Of a DNA stretch of 64,000 nucleotides, positions 1 to 15,389 are shown piece by piece. Positions within the stretch are counted from its first letter, which is position 1, and every line of letters starts with the position of its first letter. This stretch comes from Octopus vulgaris. Lineage: Eukaryota. Under the pieces are notes generated by a model. It saw only the letters and a program-made list of their open reading frames with translations. It was not told the DNA's origin and searched no databases. A program made the position numbers and the translations under genes. The stretch spans positions 30,070,001 to 30,134,000 of the forward strand of contig OX597832.1 of assembly GCA_951406725.2 (NCBI GenBank). The letters run 5' to 3'.

Positions 1-93
1 ACATACACACACACGCACCAATACACACGCACACCCATGCATACATACGCACACACATACCCATATCCATATATTAATATATATGTGTGTGTA

Positions 94-124
<31 letters not shown>

Positions 125-628
125 TTATAGCATTTTTATGAGCGCCACAACTTATATCAGTACACACTTGTGCACATCATATATATATATATGCATGTAT
201 GTATGTCTATTATATACATACACGCATATATATATATATATATGTCCTATTCAATTGCCTCTCTATCGATCGGCACATGTACTTTCATATCTATTTATAT
301 TCTCCAACAGACGAAGAGAGACTCGCACGAACACAAACGTATATAAAGAAAATGTAGAGTAATCTATAATCCAAACATACACACACCTACACTCGTCATT
401 ACCTCTGCAAACACATATATTAAGCATGTGCTTCTACATAAATACACACTTACGCCTACATATATAAATGCATATAAATGTGATATATACATACATACAC
501 ACACATATGTATATATATATGTGTGTGCGTATGATATACATATACACACATATAATATACATGTGCTATTCATATATGTGTTATGCATATATGTATGTTT
601 ATATGTATCTGCTTTGTTCTCTTCCCAC

Positions 629-1450
<822 letters not shown>

Positions 1451-1584
1451 GCATAGTTGTATTTATAAAGAAATATTTCACAGAGACGTAGATATACATA
1501 TGTGTGTGTGAGAGCATGTGCGTGGTGTGTGTGAAAGAGAGAGAAAGAAAGATATAGAGAGAAAAAAAGAGAGAGAAAGAAGGG

Positions 1585-1631
<47 letters not shown>

Positions 1632-2239
1632 GTACATATCTATTGTTAAGTCCACATCATCTGTCAGATGAATATGAAAGAGGAATATTTTCTGGGAACT
1701 GAGCAGATCATTGATTCGTGCTGACTGCTGTCCAGAAGCGTCTCGTGTGATGTGTTGAAGCCTCGCCAAGAAGTGACAGACTCGGTTCTAGGTTAATCTA
1801 GACATGTCAATCACTTCATCAGTGGCAATCGGGTTTCAAATTGGAGGCCAAGCAATTAGAAATTTGACATAGCTTCAGTAAAGAGGAGTGAAAAGGGGTG
1901 AGAAGAATGGTAAAAAAGAAAAAGATTGAAGGAACGAAACTGTGATTGGAGGAAGATTTCGCTGGAGGTTAGTGGATTTATTGACACCAACTTGTATTGA
2001 CAAGAGAAAATAGTTCCTGATTGGTGCCATCCAATTTCCGTAGATTTTGATGTCGGGATTTAGCTTCGAAATGACTGGCTTTTAACAATTGAAATTTTGA
2101 GATTCTTTCCATATGACTTCAAGACAGAACCTTCTTAGATATGATTTCCTTTTCTTCCTATTGCATGAGAAAGTTTAACCCATGCACACACACATACACA
2201 CACACATACATACATACATACATACATACATACATACAT

Positions 2240-2278
<39 letters not shown>

Positions 2279-2526
2279 CATACATACATACATACATACA
2301 TTCACGCATACATATATAACATTGACATATTTATTCACATAAAAACATATTCATACACACATACATACACACACACACACACACACACTCACAAACACAC
2401 ACAAACACACACACATACACGCACGCAATACATACATACATACACACACACATGCATATATAACATTGACATATTTACTCACATATCGACACAGTCAAAA
2501 CAATATGCAAAAACATATATTCATAC

Positions 2527-2563
<37 letters not shown>

Positions 2564-2581
2564 TGCACGCACACACACAAA

Positions 2582-2740
2582 GTGCAGGCATGGCTGCGTG
2601 GTTAAGAAGCTCGCTTCGCAACCATATGGTTCCAGGTTCAATCCTTCTGTGCTGAACTTCAGACAAGTGTTTTCCACCATAATCCTGAACCGACCAAACT
2701 CTTGTCACAAATATTTGCTTGATGGAAACTGTGCGGAAGC
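2582..2740 (+). mobile_element. Old SINE family A 5' half
   Basis: gcaggcatggctgcgtggttaagaagctcgc...ggaaactg. Confidence 0.7.
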
Positions 2741-2987
2741 ATGCTGGACGAAATTTGTTCTCCGACGGATGACGCAATCCACCACCACCACCACCACCGC
2801 CAACAACAACAACAACAAGTTGCTAATGTCTCCGATCCTGACCCTTGCAGGAATTCTCGCCAAATATTGACAATAATTGAAATTTTGAGATTCTTTCCAT
2901 TGACTTCAAGACAGAACCTTCTTAATTTCGATTTCCTTTTCTTCCTATTGTTCTCAATGAGAAAGTTTAACCCTGAGCAAGACATGA

Positions 2988-3067
<80 letters not shown>

Positions 3068-3232
3068 TACCACCATTCTTTCTCTCTTAATGTAAATTTC
3101 ATTGCAACAATCGTATTTCCGTTTCGCTCTTCACGACTTCACCGTTTGATACCTCTGTGTGTGCGCCCGCGCGTATATGTGTAGCATGCACGCTGCTTAT
3201 CACCAGAGAGCACATGGGGGCCGTTTAATAAC

Positions 3233-3346
<114 letters not shown>

Positions 3347-3902
3347 TTTCCCTGATGCAGTACCAGGCAGTGGCTCTCATGGCTTCTGATCTTAACTGAT
3401 TGGAAGTGTTATCATGTACATTGTTTTGTCTTGGTATAAAAGATGGGCTACAGCAAATATTCTGCTCAATACCACAGATTTGCTTGTCAGTTGTTTGACC
3501 GTAACAAGTTGAGCATGTCCCTTACTGGCTGACGATATGTGCATCTCTGATCACGAGCAGAAGTAGTGGGGGAGCATCATAGCCATGTGTTGAGAGGGAT
3601 TCTTTGGGGTTTGAATAATTCACCTCTGGAAACATGGGTATTTCGTTCAACGTCCTTAAACAACCCTTATTCAGGGACCTTTTGAGCGGGATGGGTTACT
3701 CGAACTGAAGAAAATTCTAACTGGGCTCCACCTGCAAGGTCATGTGCTGTTTATCTTGATATGAGATCGCCATGTCGCGCACATATGGTTGTGATGCATG
3801 TGCCTGGTGTACCCTTATCAGACGGGTAGTCATGATGGGTATACTGGGCTTCGTATATTTTACCCCAGTGTCACTTTGATGGCATGCTCTGCTCGCTCAC
3901 TC
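3347..3902. mobile_element. ~555-bp non-coding interspersed element inserted in (AAT)n
   Basis: Complex sequence bounded precisely by (AAT)n on both sides; no ORF; structured 3' region. Confidence 0.55.
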
Positions 3903-4016
3903 AATAATAATAATAATGAAAATAATAATAATCAAGAAACCTGTAAAATTCACTAGTACCACTGCAATCTGGTCATTGACATAGTCTTATATATGGGACA
4001 GGCAGACAGACAGATT

Positions 4017-4050
<34 letters not shown>

Positions 4051-4204
4051 TAGATAGATAGATATAGAGGTAGACATTGATGGATAGATATATGGCTAAC
4101 TGGGCGAACCGACCGACCGAGCGAAAGACAGACAAAAAGATTGGTAGATACAATGCTATATATATATATGTATGCATACATGTATATATTTATATATGTG
4201 TAAG

Positions 4205-4275
<71 letters not shown>

Positions 4276-4459
4276 CATATCTTCATATATATGAAGATAT
4301 GTATGCATATCTATCTATCTCTATATATGTGTATGTATTTTGTATGTATACATATGTACATATCATATGCATCCGTACAAACACACACACACGTATATAA
4401 TTTCTTTGATATTTATATACACATACATATGCATTTATATATAAATAAATAAATGCATA

Positions 4460-4510
<51 letters not shown>

Positions 4511-4537
4511 GTACGTATGTATGTAAAAATATGCATA

Positions 4538-4593
<56 letters not shown>

Positions 4594-5596
4594 TGTATGT
4601 ATGTAATCATGTGTGTATAAATTGCTAAATTTTGAAAAAAAAAAAAAAATACATAAGAACGGACAAATTTCTGACTATAAAATTTGGTGAAAATAATAAA
4701 CTGGAAATATTTCTGTGAAAGAATATTTTCTGCTGCTTAAAGCTAATTTACCGATTTTTCTCATTCCTGTCTTTTACCATTTACCAGAACAATTTACCAA
4801 TTATGTTGCATCTTGCAGTTATTGGGAAAAACCTTCCAGTATATCAACTGGAAAACGTTTCCAACAAAACGCACACACACACACACATAGCCACACATAC
4901 AGACATATATATATATACACATACATACATTTGGATACACGTATACACACACACACACAGACTAGCTTTCTTTTCTTTCTTTTCTTTTTACTTCCTTCTC
5001 CCTCTCAATGTTGTTGTTGTTGTTGTTATTATATTTATTATATTATCATTATTATATCATTATTATATTTCTTTATATATTTATTTTACCATATTTATTT
5101 ATTTATTTATGTTGTTGTAGTTGTTGTTGTTGTTGTTGTTGTTCTTGTTCAGATTGTGATTGATTCTATAATTTCGTCTGTTATTTTTTGTTTATCAAGT
5201 ATTTTATGGAAACACACACTTCTTCAACACAAGCACGACCACCACCGCCACCACCACCACTACCATCACCACCACCAACGTCGCCATCATCATCATCGCC
5301 ATCATTATTGTTACCTTATTTAACAATACAACATTCTGAGGTCTGTTGAAATATGGAAATTATGTTGGAGACTCAGTTGAAATAATTATATGTATGAGGC
5401 ATGATTATATATTTACACACACTGATATACATACATACATACATGCATATATATATACAAATATATATATACAAATAAACATAATATACATATATTTATA
5501 TGTGTACATATACATACATATATGCATATATACATACATATATATATATATATGCATACATATATGCATATATACATACATATATACATACATACA

Positions 5597-5749
<153 letters not shown>

Positions 5750-5914
5750 ATATATATAAATCGATATGAACACACGTAGCAGTCCTTCTGAAGAAGTATG
5801 GACGGTGCTGTGATAAAGAATAAACTGATAGAAATATATTTTAGAGTCTTCTTTGATTCTTATTCCTATATTTTCAACAACAACAACAACAACAACAACA
5901 CCAACAACAACAAC

Positions 5915-7100
5915 AAATATATTTTCTAAGTCGGAAAGAATTATTCCATCGACATTGTCACCAACATTTCTTCCAATTACTAATGGAATCGCGAAGACAT
6001 TTCTTATATCCCATAATGACTTTAAGTGGCTATAATTCCTAACTGGCTTCATTCACGTTGCCAATGTATGGCATATGTTATTGCAATGTCCATTATTAAG
6101 ATACTAACGGCGTTCTTTCTCTTCTCGTGTCACCCCAGGTTGGCTTGGTTCTCTTCAAGCTGACGTCTGGTCATTCTGTCATTATGTCACAGGAATTTTT
6201 CATAAAAATTTTCTTGGAGATTCATATTATAGCCATATATCTGTATTTATGAACAGACTGGAACTTGGCAGTTCCGAATCTATGTAACAGCTTTGCTCCG
6301 TCTTCAAAGTATTTTTTTGTGGACACATTTTATGGAAATATCCTGTGAAGAATACGGTGTGGTGGTGCCGGAAATTGGTAATTTATTCAACTTTTACAAT
6401 TTCGTTAATAAAAGCATCATTTCAAGATTTTCTTCTCAATGTGTTGAATGGTGATAGCTTCGGTATTCCAATTTATGTTTCCTTAGCAACAGATACTCTT
6501 CACTTGAGTCATTGAGTATTTATTGAAAATTTAGCTAAAATAAAACTCACAGGCAAGGTCTTACATTCTTATCAAATCATTTGGAATTTTGAAGAATATT
6601 TTATTTTCCGGAGATTTTGCTGGAATGATAGAGAAAAACGTTCCGTATTTCTCAGCCAATAGATTTTTTTCTCTTCTTCATTTTATCTGGGATGTGATCA
6701 CGTTGCTGGATAGCGCAGCGCAGTCTACGGAGAGAAGAGAGAAGACGTTTGACGAATATTAACATTTTACAATTTGATAAATTTAAAATAAAACTTTATT
6801 GATAAACTGAGAAATATTTGATGACATTGTTTGTTGGAGTTGTGGGTCATTAGATCTTGTTTACTCGTGTCTCAGGACCAAATACTAGAATTGGTAATGC
6901 AAATCTCTGAATATCTTCAATCATATTTTAAAATCTCATTTTCTAACTCGTTGTTTCTTTTGTCTACGACTAAAACTCAATAAGTTGTGCAGTTCTAGCA
7001 AATGTTTTTAATATTTCCAATCCGGTGACTTACAAATAATTTCTCTCAATCATTTGACCATCCCTTCGTGGAATCAGCTTTCTGCACCATTAAATCAAGA
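5915..7100 (-). pseudogene. Highly decayed R4/Dong-type RLE LINE 3' region
   Basis: Residual motifs GNINWNTEAI..HIEKKILK, ILIMDIAIT (IIDIAIP-like), [21 protein letters not shown] (KY..L..LW....IPIVIG-like). Boundaries approximate. Confidence 0.55.
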
Positions 7101-7286
7101 CAATTTTACCAAATAATCTTCAGGGAAAAAGTTTCAGGACTTCATTCAGTTGCATTCCTTCGGACTCGACTCCCGTCTACCCCACCCTCCTAGACCACAA
7201 CTTTCTAGTAAACATCGACCGCAGATACTTAGACTGGACAGCAATCTCACTTCTATGGCTAAATCTTAAAAAGTTTCGTTTATCTC

Positions 7287-7443
7287 CAGGCGTGGCTGTG
7301 TGGTAAGTAGCTTGCGTACCAGCCACATGGTTCCAGGTTCAGTCTCATTGCGTGGCACTTTGAGCAAGTGTCTTTTGCTGTAGCCTCAGGTTGACCAAAG
7401 CCTTGTGTGTGGATTTGGTAGAGGGAAGCTGAAAGAAGCCTGT

Positions 7444-7505
<62 letters not shown>

Positions 7506-7722
7506 TGTGTGTGTTTGTGTGTCTGTGTTTGTCCCCCACCAACACCGCTTGACAACCGATGCTGGTGTGTTTACGTACTCGTAACTTAGCAGTTCAGCAA
7601 AAGAGACCAATGGAATCAGTACTAGGCTTACGAAGAATAAGTCAAGGGGTCGATTTGTTCAACTAAAGGAGGTACTCCAGCACGGCCGCAGTCAAATGAG
7701 TGAAACACATAAAAGAATAAGA
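7287..7722 (+). mobile_element. SINE family A (bipartite, internal TA/TG microsatellite), full length
   Basis: Head caggcgtggctgtgtggtaag...ggttcagtc, internal microsatellite, tail ...gcagtcaaatgagtgaaac. Confidence 0.9.
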
Positions 7723-8182
7723 AGAAAAAACCAATATGCAAAGCTGTTAGAAATTGAACTTTTGGTGGACAAACCAAGATCTTTTATTCAGATAAAAGAA
7801 TGTCATTAATAACAGACAAACGTATTGACGCAAGAAGCGAACGTGGGTTCTTTGGATCTTGTGTTCGTGTAAATATCTCAAATTTATAACCATCTCATCG
7901 GCTGTCATTTTGGATGATGGACCGAATAAGTTTTCTTTTTTGCATTTGTCCTCCAAACTCCCTTCTGCGAAAGTGGAGTCGGTGTTTAATTGTGTGTGTA
8001 TATAAAGTGGAGGAGTGGGTATTGTGTTGTTCTAAGGTGGGTGAGGGGTTTGGTCGGTGCTATGTTGCTGTAAGGGATAGTAATTGTATCTTTATAAACT
8101 GAGCTCAGTGTTGTGTCTGTATGAGATAGAGTCAGTGCTCCGTTGTGTCTCTAATACTTGAATGATGTGGGGACATTCATTG

Positions 8183-8375
8183 CTTTCAAATTTTGGCACA
8201 AGGCCAGCAATTTCGGTGGGGTGGGGGGCGAATTACACTGAAACCCAATAATCAACTGGAATTCATTTTACCGACCCTGGAAGGATGAAAGGCAAAGTCG
8301 ACCCTGGGGGAATTTAAACTACGATCGTAAAGCATTTTCCCGGCGTGATAACGAATCTGCCAGCTTTCCGCCTTA
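8183..8375 (-). mobile_element. SINE family C variant
   Basis: aaggatgaaaggcaaagtcgacc...ctgccagctttccgcc. Confidence 0.8.
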
Positions 8376-8503
8376 AGGTCTTAAAGTAATATTAGACAAT
8401 GTTTAAATTCTCTTCCTTTGTCTTTCTTGTTCACAGCCATGATATTGCTGGTCTATGCTGTCTCTTTGTTTAACGACTGTACGGTCCTTAATACGGTCTA
8501 CGA

Positions 8504-8832
8504 CAGGCCTGGCCAACTCGAATTATATTGCGGACCACTTTAACAACAGGAAGTTTTTTGAGGACCGTTTGTATACTTTATGCACGAATAGTCAAATAAT
8601 CAAATTACAGAATCAAGAATTTTTCATAATTTTCGTTTGCTTGAAATTATAGAATTGTAGAGTATTACTTTATGGCCACTTATAAATTTTAAATCTATTT
8701 TGAAACAAATGTTTTACACAAACAATTTTATTTTGAAATTAAACACAATACTTCAAGAAAGTATCAAGCAGGTCACAAGAGAAAAGTCTGTGGGCCGCAT
8801 GCGACCCACGGGCCTCAGGTTTTCCAGCCCTG
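8504..8832. mobile_element. hAT (Charlie-like) MITE, 329 bp
   Basis: TIRs CAGGCCTGGCCAAC / CAGGGCTGGAAAAC; subterminal gggccgcatgcgacccacgggcc; 8-bp TSD gtctacga (8496-8503) / gtccacga (8833-8840). Confidence 0.85.
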
Positions 8833-9747
8833 GTCCACGATGTCCTTAATATAGTCTACTGTTCAACAACAGTAACGTCGCAATACAAAAGTAGTATTCA
8901 ATTGTGGCTGATATTTGAGCTTGATTGATTGATAGAAGATGCGATGTTTTGATGTAATATTTCCTAATCCTGAAAAAAAAAGACCAATCTTTGTTACACA
9001 GCTTTAACATGGGTTGGGATCTGTGTTCTGCCAGCAGGAGATACTCAGTGGCGGAGAAGTCTAGCATTTGAAGGTTTCAGTTCTGCATTCTGCATAGTTT
9101 TAAGGAAGGGTTCGATAATATTTCTTGATATACTCGGCACGAAAGTGACGACACCACTGGGGGCTGTTTTTGAGGTTTCTGTTCTTGGTTTAGTGTGAAA
9201 TGTTTAGGCCTGCAGATAATGTTGAAGGATAACGTGGAAGGATAAGGGGTGGGGGAGATGAAGGGTGGCACCATCGAGGTAGAAGTGGGTGCAGTTGAAC
9301 ACAACGGCAAATTGGTCGTTAATGGATTGGAGGAAAATAATGGAGGACAAACCGAAACTTTAGGACAGCAGTACTGATAGGTTATGGACAATAGACAGTT
9401 AAATCGGGTCAGGGCTTGATGGGAAGGCCAAACGCGTTACACTGTTACGTGGTTGTTAGTTGAAGTAAGAGACGAAGAGTGAGAGAAAAAGAGATTGCGA
9501 GAAGTGTTAACAACGTGAGATAGGGGGAAAGTAATAGTTATTACGCTAAAACCGAGTGTGTGACGCTGTCAGGTGGTTAGTTTAAGGTAGAGGCGAAAAG
9601 AGAGAGAGAGAGAGAGTGAGAGAAGAGTGTTTGTACTGAGAGGAAAGAGAAAGGTGTTGCTATTATATTGTGAAATAGAAAATAGAAAGGGATAAACATG
9701 TTAAGTGCAGGGGCGGGTGGTATAGGGTATGTGTTGAGGCATGAGGC

Positions 9748-9818
<71 letters not shown>

Positions 9819-10184
9819 GTAAATGTCAGCTGAAAGGAAACAGTTACATTGATATTAAGCGTAGTATAACAGAATTTTGTGTCAAAGAATAAAAATAAAA
9901 GTTTAGTTGTTACTGATTTTAGTGTTCAACTGTTTCCATATCTTCAATCCGCCGATGTATCATCCACGTGGATAGAGAGAGTCATTGACGGATCGAAGAC
10001 AGAAAACCGGACGGCGAGATATATCGAGACATGGTTGAATCAAATTGAAATAATCTTTGCAAATAGTTGCGGACGTTACTTTTGTCTTTTTTGTGTGTGG
10101 CGACCCAAAGTTATTCGGTTTAAAAGTTTAAATGTGTGTTAGAGTCGACAGATGCATAAATGGACAGAAATGTAAGTAGAATAT

Positions 10185-10219
<35 letters not shown>

Positions 10220-10220
10220 G

Positions 10221-10287
<67 letters not shown>

Positions 10288-10355
10288 GAATAGGCAGGTA
10301 GTTATATAGATAAATAGGTTGACTGACTGACTGACCGAACGACTGACTGACTGAT

Positions 10356-10393
<38 letters not shown>

Positions 10394-10503
10394 CCCCTCC
10401 AATACTGCCTTTCTGGATTTTTAAATCTCAAGAATCAAATGTCTCAGAAAAATACACAATGCTATCATACAATTTTCAAAATAACCGCGGAATTTCCACG
10501 AGT

Positions 10504-10605
<102 letters not shown>

Positions 10606-10625
10606 TATTGTTGTTGTTGTTGTTA

Positions 10626-10745
10626 AGGTGGCGAGCTGGCAGAATCGTTAGTCGATAAATTAAGTACCAGTGAAACACTGGGGTCGATGTAATCGACATG
10701 TCTCCATCCCCAAAATTTAGGCCTTGTGCCTACAATAGAAAGGAT
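10626..10745 (+). mobile_element. Internally deleted SINE family C
   Basis: Head ggtggcgagctggcagaatcgtta joined directly to gtcgataaattaagtaccag. Confidence 0.8.
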
Positions 10746-10762
10746 TATTATTATCATTTTTG

Positions 10763-10863
<101 letters not shown>

Positions 10864-11084
10864 GGTGGTGGTGGTGGTTGCTATTTTTTTCCTGTAATTC
10901 TTCTCAAATCTTGAAAAAAAAGAAAAAAAAAGAATGTAGACCTCATAATAATATTCTTCACATAAGCTAAACCGAAAAATGAAGTAAAACCAAAGGTTAC
11001 GGACCCGGGAAATATATAATCAAAACTAACTTTCTTGGTTAATTAACTGCAAGTTCCATATATATAACCAGCTACCGGTTGCTT

Positions 11085-11315
11085 GGCTGTTCAAAAAGTT
11101 TCCCCACAGTGAATTTTTTTCTTTCTCCAAGGTGCATTTCAAAACATGTGTAGAACAGTCAATTTATGTATTGAAAAATGAAGGACGACACCACCAACAC
11201 CTCTTATAAATTTTTTTTAGTCATGTAAAGTCTAATATATTCTTTTGTAGTCTTATACCATTTTATAAATATTTATTTTTGGAATAGTTACTGCGGAGGG
11301 ACTTTTTGAACAGCC
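11085..11315. mobile_element. Tc1/mariner-type MITE
   Basis: TIRs GGCTGTTCAAAAAGTTTCCCCACAGT / GGCTGTTCAAAAAGTCCCTCCGCAGT; right end followed by TATA. Confidence 0.7.
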
Positions 11316-11617
11316 TATATAACGAACTGCAAGTTCTTTTAAAACAAAATTAATTTGAAGTGCGTCCACTTGAAATGCTAAACGAGTGAACTATTTTCTC
11401 GTTAATGGTTAAATAAGAGTTTCTGCCTTGGGGACCAAGACAAGCAATGTTCATAGGAGGTTGGGGTCGGGTGGGGGGCTGTTAGTCGATGTTATCGAGC
11501 CCAGTATTTGACTGGTATTCCTGTCGGCCTCGGCGGAATATGAACTCAGAACGTACAGAACCAGAATTCTACCAGTTACATGCACCAAATTGTTAATGCA
11601 ATATACACGATCTTGAA

Positions 11618-11848
11618 GGCAGTGAGCTGGCAGAGTCGTTAGCACGCCGGGCGAAATGCTTAGCTGCATTTCGTCTGTATTTACGTTCTGAGTTCAAATT
11701 CCGCCGAGGTCGACTTTGCCTTTCATCCTTTCAGGGTCGATTAAATAAGTACCAGTTACGCACTGGAGTCGATGTAATCGACTTAATCCGTTTGTCTCTC
11801 CTTGTTTGTCCTCTCTGTGTTTAGTCCCTTGTGGGTAGTAAAGAAATA
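11618..11848 (+). mobile_element. SINE family C, full length
   Basis: ggcagtgagctggcagagtcgttagc...gagttcaaattcc...gtcgactttgcctttcatccttt...gtaccag...gggtagtaaagaaata. Confidence 0.9.
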
Positions 11849-11955
11849 TATATATATAAATGTATATATATATAGATAGATAGGTATGTATGTATATATA
11901 TATATAGATAGATAGATATGTATGTATATATGTATGTATAATATTTATGTATATA

Positions 11956-11987
<32 letters not shown>

Positions 11988-11988
11988 C

Positions 11989-12076
<88 letters not shown>

Positions 12077-12079
12077 TTA

Positions 12080-12265
12080 TTTCTGCGTTTGTGCCTGTGT
12101 TTGTCTCGCTCCATCGCTTGACAATTGGTGTTGTGTTTATTTCCCTGTAATATAGCGGTTCGGCAAAAGAGACCGACAGAATAAGTACTAGGCTTACAAA
12201 GAATAAGTCCTGGGGTCGATTAATTCGACTAAAGGCGGTGCACTAGCATGGCCGAAACAAATAAA
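12080..12265 (+). mobile_element. SINE family A 3' half
   Basis: cgcttgacaa...gcggttcggcaaaagagaccgacagaataagtactagg... Confidence 0.85.
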
Positions 12266-12663
12266 AAAAATAATCGCATGATAAAATATTTGCTGTCCCA
12301 GATTTGGTTAAATATTTAGGTTTCAAGTTAAAAAAAAACAAACAATTTTAACATAACATGTGAATTTGATATTGTTTGGAGTGCGAAGATTATGAGCAAT
12401 TGCCAGGGTGAATATAGTGAGGAAGAATCGGTTTGTTGAATAAGAGTGTGCACGAGTGCGTGCATGTGTGAGTGCGTGAGGCGTTTGTACAAATATAGAC
12501 ACACATTTTTATGCACAAAGCGAAAGTATAAATATGGTTGAGTTGTGAAGGCAAATGGTGATGTGTTCGTGTTTAAATTTTATATTTTAGGCAAACAGCA
12601 GGAATGATTATGTATATACGGTGACATAGAAAAGGTCTGAGGTAAAGCGATTGAGTATGTATG

Positions 12664-12894
12664 TATTTCTTTACTACCCACAAGGGGCTAAACACAGAGG
12701 GGACAAACAAGGACAGACAAACGGATTAAGTCGATTACATCGATCCCAGTGCGTAACTGGTACTTAATTTATCGACCCCGAAAGGATGAAAGGCAAAGTC
12801 GACCTCGGCGGAATTTGAACTCGGAACGTAACGACAGACGAAATACGGCTACGCAGATCGCCCGGCGTGCTAACGTTTCTGCCAGCTCGCCGCC
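12664..12894 (-). mobile_element. SINE family C, full length
   Basis: Reverse complement of 11618-11848. Confidence 0.9.
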
Positions 12895-13103
12895 TGTATG
12901 AGTATGTATGTGTATGGCTAACTATGTGTATGTGTGTGTGTATGCGTATGTATGTATATGTGTATATATATATATATATGTATATATATACACACACACA
13001 TATATATATATAATGTATGTATATATTCATACATTATGTATATATACATATACACATAATGTATATATATGTGTGTATGCATATTTATATATGTATGAAT
13101 GTA

Positions 13104-13154
<51 letters not shown>

Positions 13155-13467
13155 GTATATATATATATATTGTTTTTTTTTACATGTTTCAGTCATTTGA
13201 TTGCGACCACGCTGGGGCACTGCCATGAAATGTGTGTGTAGAATACTCAGACACACACACACACACACAAACGCGCGTGTGAGTACTCGGGTACACTCCT
13301 AGACACTCATCTCACATCAGTGGTGTTCACCCGACGAGAATCCAAATCCTGTCATGCATGACAAAGATAGAAAAAGGAATGAAAATAACCAAATCGGATT
13401 TGAAAAAATAATCCTTTTATTTTTTATCCGAGACAACTTGAAAGGCAGTGTGTGTGTGTGTGTATAT

Positions 13468-13886
13468 ATTCTTTTACTTGTTTCAGTTGGTTGACCGCGG
13501 CCAAGCTGGAGCACCGCCTTTAGTCGAGTAAATCGCTTCCAGGCCTTATACTTTTTGTAAACCTAGTACTTATTCTATCGGTCTCTTTTAGCCGAACCGC
13601 TAAGTTACGGGGACGCAAACACACCAGCATCAGTTGTCAAGCGATATTGGGGAGGGGGACAAGCACAGACGCACAAATGCATACACACACATATTATATA
13701 TTACACACACACACTTACATATATATATATATATATATACACGACGGGCCTCTTTCAGTTTCCGTCCACCAATTACACCCACACGGCTTTGGTCAGTCAC
13801 TTAGCCAAGGTGCCACGCAGTGGGACTGAACCCGGAACCATGTGGTTGGAAAGCAAGCTAGTTACCACACAGCCATTCCTGCGCCT
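13468..13886 (-). mobile_element. SINE family A, full length
   Basis: Reverse complement of the family A consensus. Confidence 0.9.
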
Positions 13887-13905
13887 ACAAATATACTCAT
13901 ACATA

Positions 13906-13961
<56 letters not shown>

Positions 13962-14137
13962 CAACAATAAGATATATAGAGACAAACATGCATTAATATA
14001 TGCATGCATATGTTTATAACTATGTATATATACAAACATATATGTATGTATATATACATATAAATGTATACATACAGATGTATATATATATATATACATA
14101 TATATAGAAGTAGGTATATATATATATGTGTGTGTAT

Positions 14138-14184
<47 letters not shown>

Positions 14185-14220
14185 TATACATGCATATATA
14201 TGCATATTTGTGCATATATA

Positions 14221-14303
<83 letters not shown>

Positions 14304-14335
14304 GTATATATATGCGTATATATATACATACACAA

Positions 14336-14441
<106 letters not shown>

Positions 14442-14468
14442 CACAAACATACATATATATATATAGAG

Positions 14469-14517
<49 letters not shown>

Positions 14518-14559
14518 CATACATACATACATACATACATACATACATACATACATACA

Positions 14560-14592
<33 letters not shown>

Positions 14593-15242
14593 GCATACAT
14601 ATATGCATGCATACATGCACATACGTGGACACATACGTAGAGGTGAGTGTTATTCGACAGTCTGGAGTGTAGAATAAACGACAAAAAAAATTGTATTCGG
14701 TTCTATGCAGACTCCAATAATAGGCTATATTAGAAGTGTTCTTGTGTGGGATGTAGAAATTGCAGGTATGTATAACTAATTGTGTGCTGAACATAAAGAA
14801 TTGTTGAAAGGCGGAGCTGGCAGTAAACCGCATCGCCTTCTCTCCCCTGTTTTTCCCCTCTCCTTTCTGTTCAGTTGTGACGCGATAAGGAGATAAGGAA
14901 GTCGCCTTTTAACTATTTCAATTATATCTTGTATGAAATGAAATTATACTTTACATCTTCAATTTCCATTATGTCTATAAATTAAGAGGGGAAAAAACTG
15001 CTGACAGTCCCTTTATCTACAGAAATAGCGCAGTAAATAAATATGACATTTAACAAATAATCTCTTTGGGGACAGATATCGGGGTTATTTATTCTGGTAA
15101 TTAATCAAAATGAAATTTTGAAAAAATTAAATCAATTTATAGAATGTAGATCTAATTCTAAATCATTAATTTAATGGATAAAAAAAAAGATATGAATACA
15201 TAAACGGATAAAAAAAAAAAAATGTCAATACAAACTATAATG

Positions 15243-15389
<147 letters not shown>

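Noticed and set aside
2741-2870. His/Gln-rich ORF MLDEICSPTDDAIHHHHHHRQQQQQQ as Shox exon 1
   Set aside because: It starts at a SINE end, is built from (CAC)/(CAA) repeats, and has no Shox similarity and no suitable phase-1 donor.
5788-5830. CTGAAGA hammerhead core start
   Set aside because: No stem II followed by GAAA.
7740-9450. Possible Penelope RT remnants on the minus strand
   Set aside because: Only faint motif echoes (VFNCTHFYLDG, PTHVKAV), insufficient without an HMM search.
13350-13363. 14-bp perfect palindrome TGTCATGCATGACA
   Set aside because: A palindrome of this length can occur by chance in 64 kb, and there is no other support.
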